From NCBI RefSeq assembly GCF_006345805.1, contig NC_042997.1, positions 170,190,001 through 170,254,000 of the forward strand: a DNA stretch of 64,000 bases, read 5' to 3'. The notes beneath the pieces are model-generated. The model was not told the DNA's origin. It searched no databases and worked only from the letters and a program-made list of their open reading frames with translations. The position numbers and the translations under genes were made by a program. Origin of the DNA: Octopus sinensis. Taxonomy: Eukaryota. Shown here piece after piece: positions 38,604-51,286 of this stretch. Each line of letters starts with the position of its first letter. Position 1 is the first letter of the stretch.

Positions 38604-40318
38604 ATGCATATATATATATATATATATATTTCAGAGGCGATGCCAGGTCATCAGTGTCACTCACAGATTTCACATAAGACACATGCCTGCTTGAAGAATT
38701 TCACATTTTTCTGCGATATTTCTGGCCTGAAATAGCTTATTTTTTTATATCTAGCAGTATGTATTTCTCCATTTCTAAGTTAAGGGTAAAAATAAAGCAA
38801 CCCTGCATACAATGCACAGAAATTCAACAGCCTGATCTTGACCGACTGTCGTGTGAATTGATGGAAAAATGGTATAAAATGTCCTTTACTATGTCGTACG
38901 TAATGAACACACAAACACACACACTCACAGACACATACACAGTCATATCAAAATGTGTGGTGGTGGTATAAAATGTCGTTTACTATCTCATACATAACAA
39001 ATGCAGGATCTAGTTGGTTTGGCTGCCAGAATCATTTTCAGTTCGAATTGATTTCATATTCAGTATAATGATACACTTTTATAGGCTAATTGATAAGATT
39101 TCATGATAAGATTTCCCCTGTTTCGTTATCAATGGTCTGCTAGAGGGCGACTCCCTTAATTGTCAGCTAACATCTCGTTTTAAGTTTCCCTTTACCAAAC
39201 CTCATGCTTCTAACAAAATCTTGATTTTTATAACCATATCTGATATTTATGTCTACTCCCTCAGCTCTACCCCTAACAGATACTGCCCTCTGTTCTCTCT
39301 GCCTTAGATATACAAGGGATTTGATAAACTAGTCTATAAATTAAAACTGACCCCATAAAAACAAAAAAATCAGTGACAGGCAGAGTCTGTAACAATGTAT
39401 ATCTTCTTGAAAACTTAGTAACTTCTACGCTGGAGTGGAGACAGCATGTTTTTTGTCTATCTCCTTAACTTCTTGGAAATTTTAGGTATAATTATACTAA
39501 TGTGTCCATCTGTTCTAATTCAATAAAATTCTATGTCTTTGTGCAGCTGAAGATTGCTCTGCATTTTAAATTGATGTAATGATTACATTGTTCAATTAAA
39601 TGGAGTTGCATAAAACGATCGTACTGCATTACCTCTGGATATCCTTGTTGCTTATTTTGATTTTAATCACCTTACTTTGAAATTGTATGGACAACACCAT
39701 ACTAAATTCTGGTGCCTCAACTTAAGTACCATATTCATCTGAATCTAAATTTTTGTTGAACCCATCTACTATACCCAAAGTATATATATGTATGTATATG
39801 TTTGTGTGTCTGTGTTTGTCCCCCCCCCCCCAATATTACTTGACAACTGATACTGGTGTGTTTACATCCCCATCACTTAGCAGTTCGGCAAGAGAGACCA
39901 ATAGAATAAGTACTAGGCTTACAAAGAATAAGTCCTGGGGTCAATTCGCTCGACTAAAGGCGGTGCTCCAGCATGGCTGCAGTCAAATGACTGAAACAAA
40001 TAAAAGAATAAAGGAATAAAAGAATAGATATTAATATGAGAACCACTCTAGAGAGTGCTTACACTTTCAGTTTATCCCTCTTTGACTCTCTCATCTCTAT
40101 CTCTTGTTCTTTCTTTTTTTCTGTCTATACTATAAAACTACAATACTTCCTTCTTCCTCTGATTAAGGTTTTCTTTGAAGCTACTCTAGACATGCATATC
40201 TCAGTTGATTTATAACATTCCGTACTTTGACACACAATGTTGATCATGTTTTACCTTCTTGGCCAGCTGACTGTCTGAAAATGCAAACCAAATAATAATA
40301 ATAATAATAATGAAATTA

Positions 40319-43062
40319 GACAGGCTTGGAAGGACTGGAGGAACGGTGGTAGCAGGGAATTGTATCAGACAGCCAGAAGGGAAGCTAGGAGACAGGTTTA
40401 TTTAGCCAGAGGGGAAGCGGATAAGAAAAAATTTGCCAATGTTCTGAGCCGTGAGGATGAAAGACTTGAGGTATTTTGTGTTGCAAGACAGTGTGTGAGA
40501 GAGAATCGTGATGTGGTAGGAGAGAAATGTGTCCTCATGGATGATGGTTCACTTGCACTAAATGAGGATGCAAAGAGAGAGGTTTGGAGATGCCACTATG
40601 AAAGGTTGCTGAATAAAGAAAATGAATGGGATAAAGAGAGGCTGCCGAATGTTGACCCAACAGAGGGACCAGCTATCCAAGTTGATAGTTCCGTGGTAGC
40701 TAAGGCAATTAGAAGCATGAAGACAGGGAAAGCCCCAGGCCCATCAGGAATTACTGCAGAGATGCTCAAAATATCTGGCGGTGTCGGCTATAACCTAGTC
40801 ACCCGTATAGTCAACCAGGTGATACACGAAGGAGTCATACCCAATGATTGGTGTAGCAGCATACTAGTCAACTGCTACAAAGGTAAAGGTGATGCCCTAG
40901 ATACAAATAATTACAGAGGTATCAGGCTGTTGGATCAAGTAATGAAGGTTACGGAGAGGGTCATAGCCCAACTAATTAGAGAGAGAGTTAGTTTAGATGA
41001 GATGCAGTTTGGGTTCGTGCCAGGGAAAAGTAACACTGATGCTATATTCCTGGTAAGGCAGCTGCAGGAGAAATACCTAGCCAAAGATAAGCCCCTGTAC
41101 CTGGCTTTTGTTGACATGGAGAAAGCTTTTGACAGGGTCCCCCGATCCCTTATCTGGTGGTCAGTGAGGAAACTAGGGATAGATGAATGGCTGGTGAGGA
41201 CTGTGCAAGCCATGTACAGAGATGCCGTAAGTAAGGTTAGGGTTGGCAACATGTACACAGAAGAATTCAAAGTAGAGGTTGGGGTCCACCATGGTTCAGT
41301 ACTCAGCCCCCTCCTATTTATCATAGTCCTCCAGGCAATTACGGAGGAATTCAAGACAGGTTGTCCCTGGGACCTCTCTACGCTGACGACCTTGCTCTTA
41401 TTGCTGAGTCACTATCAGAGCTGGAGGAGAAGTTCCAGGTGTGGAAGGAGGGTTTAGAATCGAGGGGCCTTAGAGTCAACCTAGCTAAAACCAAAGTACT
41501 AATAAGTAGGAAGGTAGACAATCCACAAATGTCTTCAGGAAGATGGTCCTGCTCGATCTGTAGAAAAGGTGTAGGTAGAAACTCTATAAGATGTACCCAG
41601 TGTAAGCTATGGACACATAAGAGGTGCAGCAATGTCAAAGGTAGGCTAACTGGGAAGATAGTTTTTGTATGTGGCAGATGCTCAGGAGCATTAACCTCCG
41701 AAAATCTGCGGAAAATAACTTCCGTCACTTTCCAAGGGGAAAAACTAGAAGTAGTTGATAGCTTCTGTTATCTAGGTGACCAAGTTAGTCGTGGGGGTGG
41801 GTGCACTGAAAGTGTAACTGCTAGAATAAGAATAGCCTGGGCAAAGTTTAGGGAGCTCTTACCTCTGCTGGTGACTAAAGGCCTCTCGCTCAGAGTAAAA
41901 GGCAGACTGTATGATGCGTGTGTACGAACAGCCATGCTACATGGCAGTGAAACATGGGCCGTGACTGCCGAGGACATGCGTAAGCTCGTGAGGAATGAAG
42001 CCAGTATGCTCCGATGGATGTGTAATGTCAGTGTACATACTCGACAGAGCGTTAGCACCTTGAGAGAAATGTTGTACCTAAGAGGCATCAGTTGTGGTGT
42101 GCAAGAGAGACGATTGCGCTGGTATGGTCATGTGGCGAGAATGGATGAAGATAGGTGTGTGAGAAAGTGCCAATCCTTAGCAGTTGAGGGAACCCATGGA
42201 AGAGGTAGACCCAGGAAAACCTGGGACGAGGTGGTGAAGCACGACCTTCGAACTTTAGGCCTCACTGAGGAAATGACCAGCGACCGAGACCTTTGGAAAT
42301 ATTCTGTACGTGAGAAGACCAGGCAGGACAAGTGAGCCCAGCCCACTTATGAATGCCTTTCCTTCCTTGGACACAAAGACCTGTTGAGGCAAGCGAAGTC
42401 GATATAGAACCTCATCCGACGACAGGCACCCATGCCAACCCCCTTTGCTTGCGAAGACATGTTGGGGCAAGCAAAATCGAAATTGAATTGAACCAGCCAG
42501 GATCCCTGGTCTGGTGGTACGTAAAAAGCACTATCCGACTCGTGGCCTATGCCAGCGCCGCCTCCACTGGCTTCCGGGCTGGTGGCACGTAAAATACACC
42601 AATCTGACCGTACGACAGGCACCCATGCCAACCCCCTTGCTTGCGAAGACATGTTGGGGCAAGCGAAATCGAAATCGAAATCGAAATCGAATTGAACCAG
42701 CCAGGATCCCTGGTCTGGTGGTACGTAAAAAGCACTATCCGACTCGTGGCGTAAAAAGCACTATCCGACTCGTGGCCGATGCCAGCTCCGCCTCGTCTGG
42801 CTTCCGTGCCGGTGGCACATAAAATACACCAATCCGACCGTGGCCGTTGCCAGCCTCGCCTGGCACCTGTGCAGGTGGCACGTAAAAAGCACCCACTACA
42901 CTCACGGAGTGGTTGGCGTTAGGAAGAGCATCCAGCTGTAGAAACACTGCCAGATAAGACTGGAGCCTGGTGCAGCCTTCTGGCTTCCCAGATCCCCGGT
43001 CGAACCGTCCAACCCATGCTAGCATGGACAACGGACGTTAAACGATGATGATGATGATGATG
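40319..43062 (+). mobile_element. 5'-truncated RTE-clade LINE with repetitive 3' UTR and (GAT)n tail
   Basis: RT motifs KAPGPSG, NYRGI.LL, QFGF.PG, FVDMEKAFD, GSVLSPLLF, YADD; C-terminal RLRWYGHV and RGRPRKTW; endonuclease missing. Confidence 0.95.
40360..42335 (+). pseudogene. RTE reverse transcriptase ORF with one frameshift
   Basis: ORFs 40360-41457 and 41361-42335 join across a 1-nt deletion near 41371-41378 (expected GCPWELLYADD); GVHQGS appears as GVHHGS. Confidence 0.9.
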
Positions 43063-43185
43063 ATTGTATACAGTGCTCAGGTGCACCACAACTTGTCAGA
43101 AAGTGTGTATAAAGTATATGCAGTAATGTACAAATGTCTGGGAAGTGAACAGTGTATGAGTCGGATACATGCTTGTGTGTGTATG
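43063..43185 (-). mobile_element. CR1-like 3' UTR fragment split by the RTE insertion (tail continues at 40291-40318)
   Basis: Intact version AATAATGAAATTA|TTGTATACAGTGCTCAGG seen at 48441-48475. Confidence 0.8.
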
Positions 43186-43323
43186 GATCCAGTTTCTAAA
43201 CTGATCTTGTCAAGTGATAAATTAAAACTGTCATCTTTACCATTTCTTTTATTTGCACTTATAATGGAAACTCCTACCTGTTAAAACATGAACACCTCCC
43301 AACTGATCATCTCTATCTATATA

Positions 43324-43421
43324 TGAGGTGGTGCTGAAAAGTTCCTGGCTTTGGGTAAAAGAGAATACAGGAGGATCAGTTAATTATGATCTTATTCAAC
43401 ATGTTCCCTTTTCAGATTTAC
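43324..43421 (-). mobile_element. Mariner terminal fragment (family of 1109-1731)
   Basis: TGAGGTGGTGCTGAAAAGTTCCTGGCTTT... is the reverse complement of ~1635-1731. Confidence 0.75.
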
Positions 43422-44384
43422 AGGCTTATTACTTACTTATACTTGTGGCGACATTCACCCTGGGCGGGTTGAGTCGGCTTCTTCTACCACCCTCAAGGCA
43501 TCTCGAACCATGGCAGTGGAAGAAGTTTCATGGGAATATGAATTTCACAAGCAATCCCCAACAATCCCGCGTGTAGAGACATCCTGTGTGTATTTGTGTG
43601 TGTGTATATGTGTGTGTGCATGCGCACATGTGTGCATACGTACATGTGTGTGTGCGTGAGTGTGTGTGTGTGCGTGTGTGTCTTTGTGTTTGTGTATATC
43701 CCTTACCGCTGCTTGACAGCTGGTGTTGTACTTACACCTCCATAACTTAGCAGTTTGATAAAAGGCACTGATAGAATAAGTATTAAGCTTTAAAAAATAA
43801 CAAGTACAAGGGTCGATTCATTTGACAAAAAATTCTTCAAGTGGTGTCCCAGCATGGCCACAGTCTAATGACTGAAACAAGCAGAAGATAAAAGATAAGA
43901 AACCATAATTTATATGTTACTCTTAGGCTGGAGACCTGGTCCATGCTTACGAAAAAGTGAACCCTACTAAAGACACCTATGGAACAGCTACTGTCATTGA
44001 ACAATTATGTTTTGTTCCCTAAACAAATTTATGGCTTTGTGAGAATGAGAATGTAAGAAATCAGTATTATCAAGTATATTATTTTAACTATTACCATCAT
44101 TATCATCTTTTTAACATCCAATTTTCCATGGGACAGATAGAATTTGTTGAGGCATATTTTCTATGGCTGGATGCTCTTCCTGTCAACAACTCTCCTTGTT
44201 TCGAGATAAGGTAATATTTTCCAATGGCTAGAAATGTCTCAGAGATTGGAATGATATCAATAATGTGAAGGCAAAGATGAGGAGACAGTAACATGAATGC
44301 ATGCATGTGTGAGCACGCACGCACGCACACACACATACACACACACTCACTCAGACACACACACACACACAAGAGAACACTCAA

Positions 44385-45735
44385 TTGCAAACTGATCACC
44401 CTCAAGCAGGAGCTAAATGTTGTCAGTGAGAAACTCCAACATCAGAGGAGAATAATCAAAAGAAAAAACAATAAACAAAAAATTCAACTGGAACCAGGCA
44501 GCAGTATACATAGACATGAGAAGAAAAGCAATAAATATCATAGAAGCTCCTGCATGAGAAAATATAGACTTCTTCTGGAAGAAAATCTGAAGCAAAAAGA
44601 AGCTCTGTGGCTGAAAGAAAATTGAAGTAATTATTGTCTCTCCATTGAATCCAAGACATACAATATTGATGGTAATACTCTTGTGACTGTAATCCAGAAA
44701 CTTTAGAGTGGAAAAGCACATGGAAGAGACTTGATTGTTGGGTACTGATACAAGAAGCCAACCTTCTACTGGCCATATCATATCAATCTGTACCAGCAAG
44801 CTCTTAATGAGAACAGTAGCATACCACACTGGTTAGCACTGGCAGAGACAAAACTGATCCTCAAAAGCTGAACCACTTACATGGCAAAAAAACTACCAGT
44901 CAATTGCATGCCAGAACTTAATGTATAAAACATATACAGCGTGTTTAAACCTATTCCTCCAAGACTATAGTGAAAGTAATAACATCATCACAGCAGAACA
45001 AGCAGCTAGGAAGAAGAGAGTCTGGGGATGTTCCGAGCAACTGTAGATAAACAAAACTGTAATGCCAGAGGTGCAGGAGCAAAGGAGGAATCTAGTTTCA
45101 ATGTGGCTGGACTACAAGAAAGCCTTTGACTCCCCAACTCATTGATGTTAAAAACCCTTTGGCATGCTAAAATTTCAGAGAGCATAGTCAAAGACATAGC
45201 TGACCTGACTTCATTGTGAGTCACCATCTTGAAGTTAAATACAAGGAGTAATTGTATTATCAATGATAAAATACAGTATCACAGAAGTATATTTCAAGGA
45301 GACAGCCTCTCTGTGATGCTGCTCATACTCTCAGTAAACCCCTTGTCATTCATGTTGAGGAAGTCTGAAGGGTATCTCACTGGCTCACAAGAAAGCAGAA
45401 ATACCAAATTACACACTGCTTCTTTGTGGATGGCTTGAAACTGCATGCTAAGAGTATGAATGAGATGAAAAAAGTACTAGGACCTGGTTACAACATTTTC
45501 AAAGGATATAGGGCTGGTATTTGGTCAGGATAAATGTTGCTATATGGTTGCGAAAAGAGGAAAAACTGTAAACCAGACAAGCAGCATCTCCAATGACTAA
45601 CTGTTTATCCTATATCTGATGAGGAATGTTACAGATACCAAGGGGTAGATGGAAACATATCTTACGATGGTACTTGTAATTAGACACATGTCACTAAAGA
45701 ATATTGCAACCGGATAAGGAAAATATGAACCTCAG
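44385..45735 (+). mobile_element. Decayed R4/Dong-like non-LTR RT fragment
   Basis: Broken frames with IACQNLMYK, WLDYKKAFDS, IFQGDSLS..LILSVNPLSF and FVDGLKL motifs. Confidence 0.75.
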
Positions 45736-46044
45736 AATTCTCTGGAGTTGATAAAATAAGTACCAGTTTTGCACTGGGGTTGATGTAATTGACTAGCCCC
45801 CTTCTCTAAAATTTTAGGCCTTATGCCTATAGTAGAAAGGATTATTATTTGCATCTCTCAGTTTTTCTCTCAATGGAGATTCCAACTTTGCTGTCTTAGT
45901 AGCAGAGATACTGGGCTGTGCATGTTGTAGCTGGGTTTTTTTTTATTAACTTGGGTTTGTAGATCTTCATCTGTAGCAGGAATAAATGGTCAAATGTTGG
46001 TACCTTTTAGAAGTTGCTCTTCAAGCTGTTGTTTTTCTTAAGTT

Positions 46045-46260
46045 ATCAGAGCACTGCATCCTTCAAAGCTTCCATGCTTCCTGAGATTCGCCAACACTAC
46101 ACCTGATTTTCTCCCCTCCATACACATGCAAGCATGTATCTGACTCATGCACTGTTCACTTTCCAGGCATTTGTACATTACTGCATATGCTTTATACGCA
46201 CTTTTGACACGTTGTGGTGCACCTGAGCACTGTATACAATAATTTCATTATTATTATTAT
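46045..46260 (+). mobile_element. CR1-like LINE 3' end
   Basis: Same 3' UTR as 19275-19470 with (ATT)n tail. Confidence 0.8.
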
Positions 46261-46317
46261 TGAGTCTGCTCACAAATGTTCCTTTCATTGTAAGCTTGAA
46301 TAAATAGAAAATTCATG

Positions 46318-46423
46318 CTTCTTGTTTTTGCAGTACATATTGTAAAATAGTAAAGATACAGAGAAGATTAGTATAGTTCCTGTGCAAGGATGACATGCAA
46401 ATTCATGAAGCTTTCCATATTTT
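46318..46423 (+). pseudogene. U6: Older, degenerate U6 snRNA retrocopy
   Basis: CTTGTTTTTGCAGTACATATTGTAAAATAGTAAAGATACAGAGAAGATTAGTATAGTTCCTGTGCAAGGATGACATGCAAATTCATGAAGCTTTCCATATTTT aligns end-to-end with U6. Confidence 0.88.
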
Positions 46424-47035
46424 GTAGATGCAGGTATGGATGTGTGTTTAATAAGTTTACTTCATTAGCACATGGTTTTGGGTTCAGTCTCACTGTGTGA
46501 CACTTCAATGGGTGTCTTCTACTACAGCTCTGGTTGATTAATGCCACCACTACCACCACCATCAACACCACTTCTGCTGCTGTTGCTGCTGCCACCACCA
46601 CTACTGCTTCCACCACTGCCACCAGCACCCACCCCTGCTGCTGTCACACCACCAGCACCACCACCACCACTGTTACTGCTGCCCTTCAAGGTGCTCTGTA
46701 GAGGGACTGAATCTGAAATCATGTGACTGGGAACTGAACTTTTTTAACCATATATAAGCTATGCCAGCAACCAATGCAGAAAATCAGTCTGGAAGAGGTT
46801 CCCTCTCTCCTAGCTATTTTTAGAGCAGAAGTTGAATCTAACATAACAAAAACATCATTTGTCAATTTTTACTGCATAGAGCATCAAAGTGTTTGCATGC
46901 TGCTTTACTCATTTCTTTTCTAAATTGATCAGACAACTTGAGAGTTAAGAGTCATGGATTTGGATGCAAGTTGTAACATGATGCAGATTGATTACTTCTT
47001 TGTTGATTGTCTGGCACTATACACATTTTGATATT

Positions 47036-47488
47036 AATAAAAAGGTAATTTGGAGAACGAGGCTGAAAGGGTTAAAGTCAGGTACTTTCATCTCTGGCCC
47101 TGAATTGGTGAATTACTTCACCTTTCACCTTAAAAGGAAAAATAGGGCTAGAGAGAAAATGCCTGACTGTGAAAATGTTTGAAAATCGATGGAAGAATGT
47201 AGCACGGATGTTGCGTGTGGATGGAACTTCATGAATGCGACACAGGATGTATCTCAGGTATCAGTGGCGAGGCGGGGCTCGTGGGGTCCGATGTAAACCC
47301 GCCCCCACTCCATCTGTAATGTCTTCCAGTTTGCCCTACCATTCGATTTTATTATATTTTCTTATTTTTGTAAAATTTTTAATGTCACTTTTTTTTGTAT
47401 AATCATTCGCTCATCTGATTCCAAAATCAGATTGTATTGTCCTCCCTTCGTTAGCCCCTTGTGGGTAATAAAAAATAATAAAAAAAAG
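47036..47488 (+). mobile_element. L1/Tx1-like LINE 3' end
   Basis: KVIWRTRLKGLKSG...LVNYFTFHLKRK.R resembles Tx1 ORF2 C-termini; T-rich 3' UTR ending TTAGCCCCTTGTGGGTAATAAAAAAATAATAAAAAAAA. Confidence 0.55.
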
Positions 47489-47835
47489 TTATTGTTAATG
47501 GTCTTATTCAGTTCAAAAGACAAAGTTAACAATTAATTTTTTATTTAGATAATTTATTTGACTGGATGTTTATTGTTTTTTATTACCGGTCTGATGAAAT
47601 AGTAACAATTGACAGCTGATATATTCATGGCTCTTTCAAGAACATTAGGGTTATGAATAACACTGTGTAACATATTTGTCCTTGGGTAGCAACTGTTGTT
47701 TCCTATTTGCAAACCACTAGAAAGTATGAAAAATGGCTAATAATTTCTTCAAATTTTGCTTTTATTACATTTATTCAAGCCCCAAAGAATCCCTCTCAGC
47801 ACATGGCTATGATGTTTCCCAAACACTCTTGCTTG

Positions 47836-48130
47836 TGGAGGCACATGGCCTAGTGTTTAGAGAAGTGGACTCGTGGTTGAGGGATCGTGGGTTCGAATCT
47901 CAGACTGGGTGATGTGTGTGTTTATGACTGATACACCTAAGTTTTATGTGGCTCTGGCAGAAGGTAATGGGCGAACTTCTGCTGACTCTTTCGCCACAAT
48001 TTTCTCTCACTCTTTCTTCCTGCATCTTGCAGCTCACCTGCAACAGACCGGCGTCCTGTCCAGGTGGGGAACCTATACGCCAAGGAAACCGGGAAACCGG
48101 CCCTTATGAGCCAGGCATGGCTCAAGAAGG
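47836..48130 (+). mobile_element. V-domain-like tRNA-derived SINE variant
   Basis: TGGCCTAGTG A-box, GGTTCGAATC B-box, GACCGGCGTCCTGTCCAGG motif, GGAAACCGGGAAACCGGCCC tail. Confidence 0.75.
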
Positions 48131-48429
48131 ATCACCCCCCCCAACCACTCTTGCTCAACATCAGAGATGCACATATTGTCAGCTACTATGGGACATGCTC
48201 AAGTGGTTACGGTCAAGTAAGTGACAAGCAAATCTATGGCTTTGAGCAGAAAATGTGCTATAATGATATTTCTGCTTCAGCAAGTGAGCACTGAATCTGT
48301 CTGAAATGTAATGGAAAATAGGTTAGTTTCAAAATATTGATGTCAAGACCACAAAAGTAAAGTTTGAAGCAAATAGGAAATAACTTTAATTGATAAAAAA
48401 TAAATAAATAAAAATTTTGTTACAGGTGA

Positions 48430-48897
48430 ATAATAATAAAAATAATAATGAAATTATTGTATACAGTGCTCAGGTGCACCACAACTTGTCAGAAAGTGCA
48501 TATAAAGTACATGCAGTAATGTAGAAATGTCTGGAAAGTGAACATGCTTGTGTGTGTATGGAGGGGAGAAAATCAAGTGTAGTGTTGGCGAATCTCAGGA
48601 AGCATGGAAGTCTTGAAGGATGCAGTGCTCCGACAACTAACAACCGATGCCGGCAGTTTGTTCCACGCTTCAGCAACTCTCAGAGTGAAAAAATGTTTCC
48701 TGAAGTCATGGGAGCTATGCTGTTTTCTGACTTTGTAAATATGTCCACGGGTGTTAGATGGGTGGATTTTGAAGAGGTGCTCAGAGTTATTGTTTGTGTG
48801 ATGGTTGATAATTTTATGGGTGTCTGCCAGGTCAGCTGCCAGACGTCGGAGTTTCAATGTGTCCATGCCCAGGGAAGTAAGGCGTTCAGGATATGGT
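48430..48897 (-). mobile_element. CR1-like LINE 3' fragment
   Basis: MDTLKLRRLAADLADTHKII...TRGHIYKVRKQHSSHDFRKHFFTLRVAEAWNKLP. Confidence 0.88.
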
Positions 48898-48989
48898 AAA
48901 AATGTAAAAATGTATTCAACTAGATATTAAAAAGCTAGCCTTCAGTTTTACCTACAGCTTGACTTGCTAGGAAATCTCCCAAATTAACA

Positions 48990-49375
48990 CTTTTTCTTTT
49001 ACTTTTATTTGCTTCAATCATTTGACTGTAGCCATGCTGGAGCACTGCCTTTAGTTGAACAAATCGACCCCAGGACTTATTCTTTGTAACCCTAGTACTT
49101 ATTCTATTGGTCTCTTTTGCTGAACTGTTAATTTATGTGGATGTAAACACACTAACATCCATTGTCAAGTGATGGTGAGGGGACAAACACACAAATACAT
49201 ACATACATACATATATATATATACATATTATATACAAAGGGGTTCTTTCAGTTTCCGTCTACCAAATCTCCTCACAAGGCTTTGGTTGGCCTGAGGTTAT
49301 AGTAGACGACACTTGCCCATGGTGCCACAAATATGTGGTTGGTAAGCAAGATATCACACAGCCACTTCTGCGCCT
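48990..49375 (-). mobile_element. SINE family 1
   Basis: Reverse complement of 7468-7860. Confidence 0.82.
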
Positions 49376-50959
49376 TTAAAAAATTTATTCTATTTTTTTT
49401 TATCTCTGTTAATTCAAATATTGGTATCTATCTATCTATCATCATCATCATCGAGGGCAAATTTTGCAGGGTTGGTGGTGGTAATATATTAATTTGTATT
49501 TATTTTATCAAGCTGGGAAAATGAAATGTAATACGAACAACCAGTAGGATTTGAATTTGGAATTTGATGGGACCAAACTTTATCGTCCATTCATTTCGGA
49601 TTGGAAAAAATAAAATATAAGTTAATCGACTTTTACAGCTTCTAGCTGTGTAGAATACGCAGACAAACGAAAACAATTTGTCTTTCCCACTTTCACATTT
49701 TTGTGAATGGCGAATTTTATACATTTTTGGAGAAGCACAAGAGATTCTTGAAAAATTTATAGAAAGAGCTACTTTTACATTCTTTCTTTAGAGCTTGTCT
49801 TTCCTCCGCAGCGTCTACCCTCTCCCCTGCAATAAAGACATTCTCAAATTCACCCTCTCTCTCTCATACATTCAAGTTTTCTTTCGTTATCACTAGCTTG
49901 ACAGGTTGTCGCTCGAGATCGCTAAGAAGGAATAGTAAGACATGAATTATGTGAAGTGGTTCTCACTTAATATGGCTTGTTACTATCGCTAGATACTGCA
50001 AAAGAACACTTTCTCGCATGTGCATGCTGTCATCGATACAGACAGGTATAAATGACAAATTACATGCATACACCATCGCACATCTTTATTACATGCATGC
50101 ACAAACTCCGATGCTGCTCTGGATTCTTATTAGAATTTAATAAATCATTGCTTTAATCGCTATATGTATAAAATAACATCAAACGCAGTAATCCAAGGTA
50201 TTTTATCTGGTATTCCATATTTTCGTCAAACTTGCCACCCTGAAAAAACTAAAGACCCTACCCATTCTTTCTTTATTGAATAAACTTTACGTTATGAGGC
50301 AATAAATTTTTTATTTTAATTTTTTTATTATCTGTTATACAAAATACATAATGTGTATTTCATGTACACACATTTTGTTAAAATAATTCATAGTTATCTA
50401 GTCAAAATGTCAGTAATAAAGTGTATTACTACTGAATTGATGTATTTTAGGACCAAAAATATCCATGGAAGATCGGACATATGGTAGACCACACTAACAC
50501 ACCAGTGTATTTTGGACATTCTCAAGACGCGTATAACTCTACAGCTCCTTTCTCTATCTCTTTAGTAATTTATTCACTCCTACATGAACTGAATAATAGT
50601 TCTTCGGTTGTTCCCGCTTTATTTCTTGTTTACTGTCCACAAACCGATCAAACTGCAAGAGCACTAATAAAAAACAAAGGTAATAATAATAATTTTAAAA
50701 AATGCTATCAAAGTTGCCCTATATAATCGTTTTTTTTAAATTTATATTTCCATTCTATTTTTCCTGTTGTTATAAACTTTAAAAATCAATTAGCGCTGCT
50801 GCACACATACATTTCTGTATTCGGATTAAAGGCTTTTTAAAAAATACGAATACTGTTTCTGACCCTGATCTCCCACCCTAGTTTCTATATGTTTTCTATC
50901 TGTTCTTATGAGCTGTTATCATGCTAAACAGTACCTTCTCGTAATAGATCTTCTATAGA

Positions 50960-51286
50960 AAACACTCTCTCACTCGCTCCGCCTACGCTCTCACAGCCAC
51001 CTTGTATGTTTTACTCTGTCACTGCCCCTCCGCCTCGCACCAGCCACTACTACAATTACAGCTGCTGTAGACAGAGTAGTCTTGCCCGTCCGTTTCTCCG
51101 TCCTCTCCTAAACAATCGACATACGGCTTTAGGCTTGTGTAGAAGACAGTCTCGTCAAGTTATTATCCCAACTTCCATCTATAAACTCCGTTAGTCTGCT
51201 TGACTATCGACAACACACAAGCCATCAAATAACTACTCCACTTGTCAACGTAAGGCGACTTTAGTTTTGAGAGGAACACTTGCGCC
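50960..51286 (+). promoter_or_regulatory. Putative DDAH promoter/5' UTR
   Basis: TE-free and CpG-retaining; two CTCCGCCT GC-box-like motifs; TATAAA at 51180-51185; GCGCCATG start context. Confidence 0.45.

Noticed and set aside
47836-47910. tRNA gene
   Set aside because: A/B boxes are present but belong to a SINE head; no complete cloverleaf
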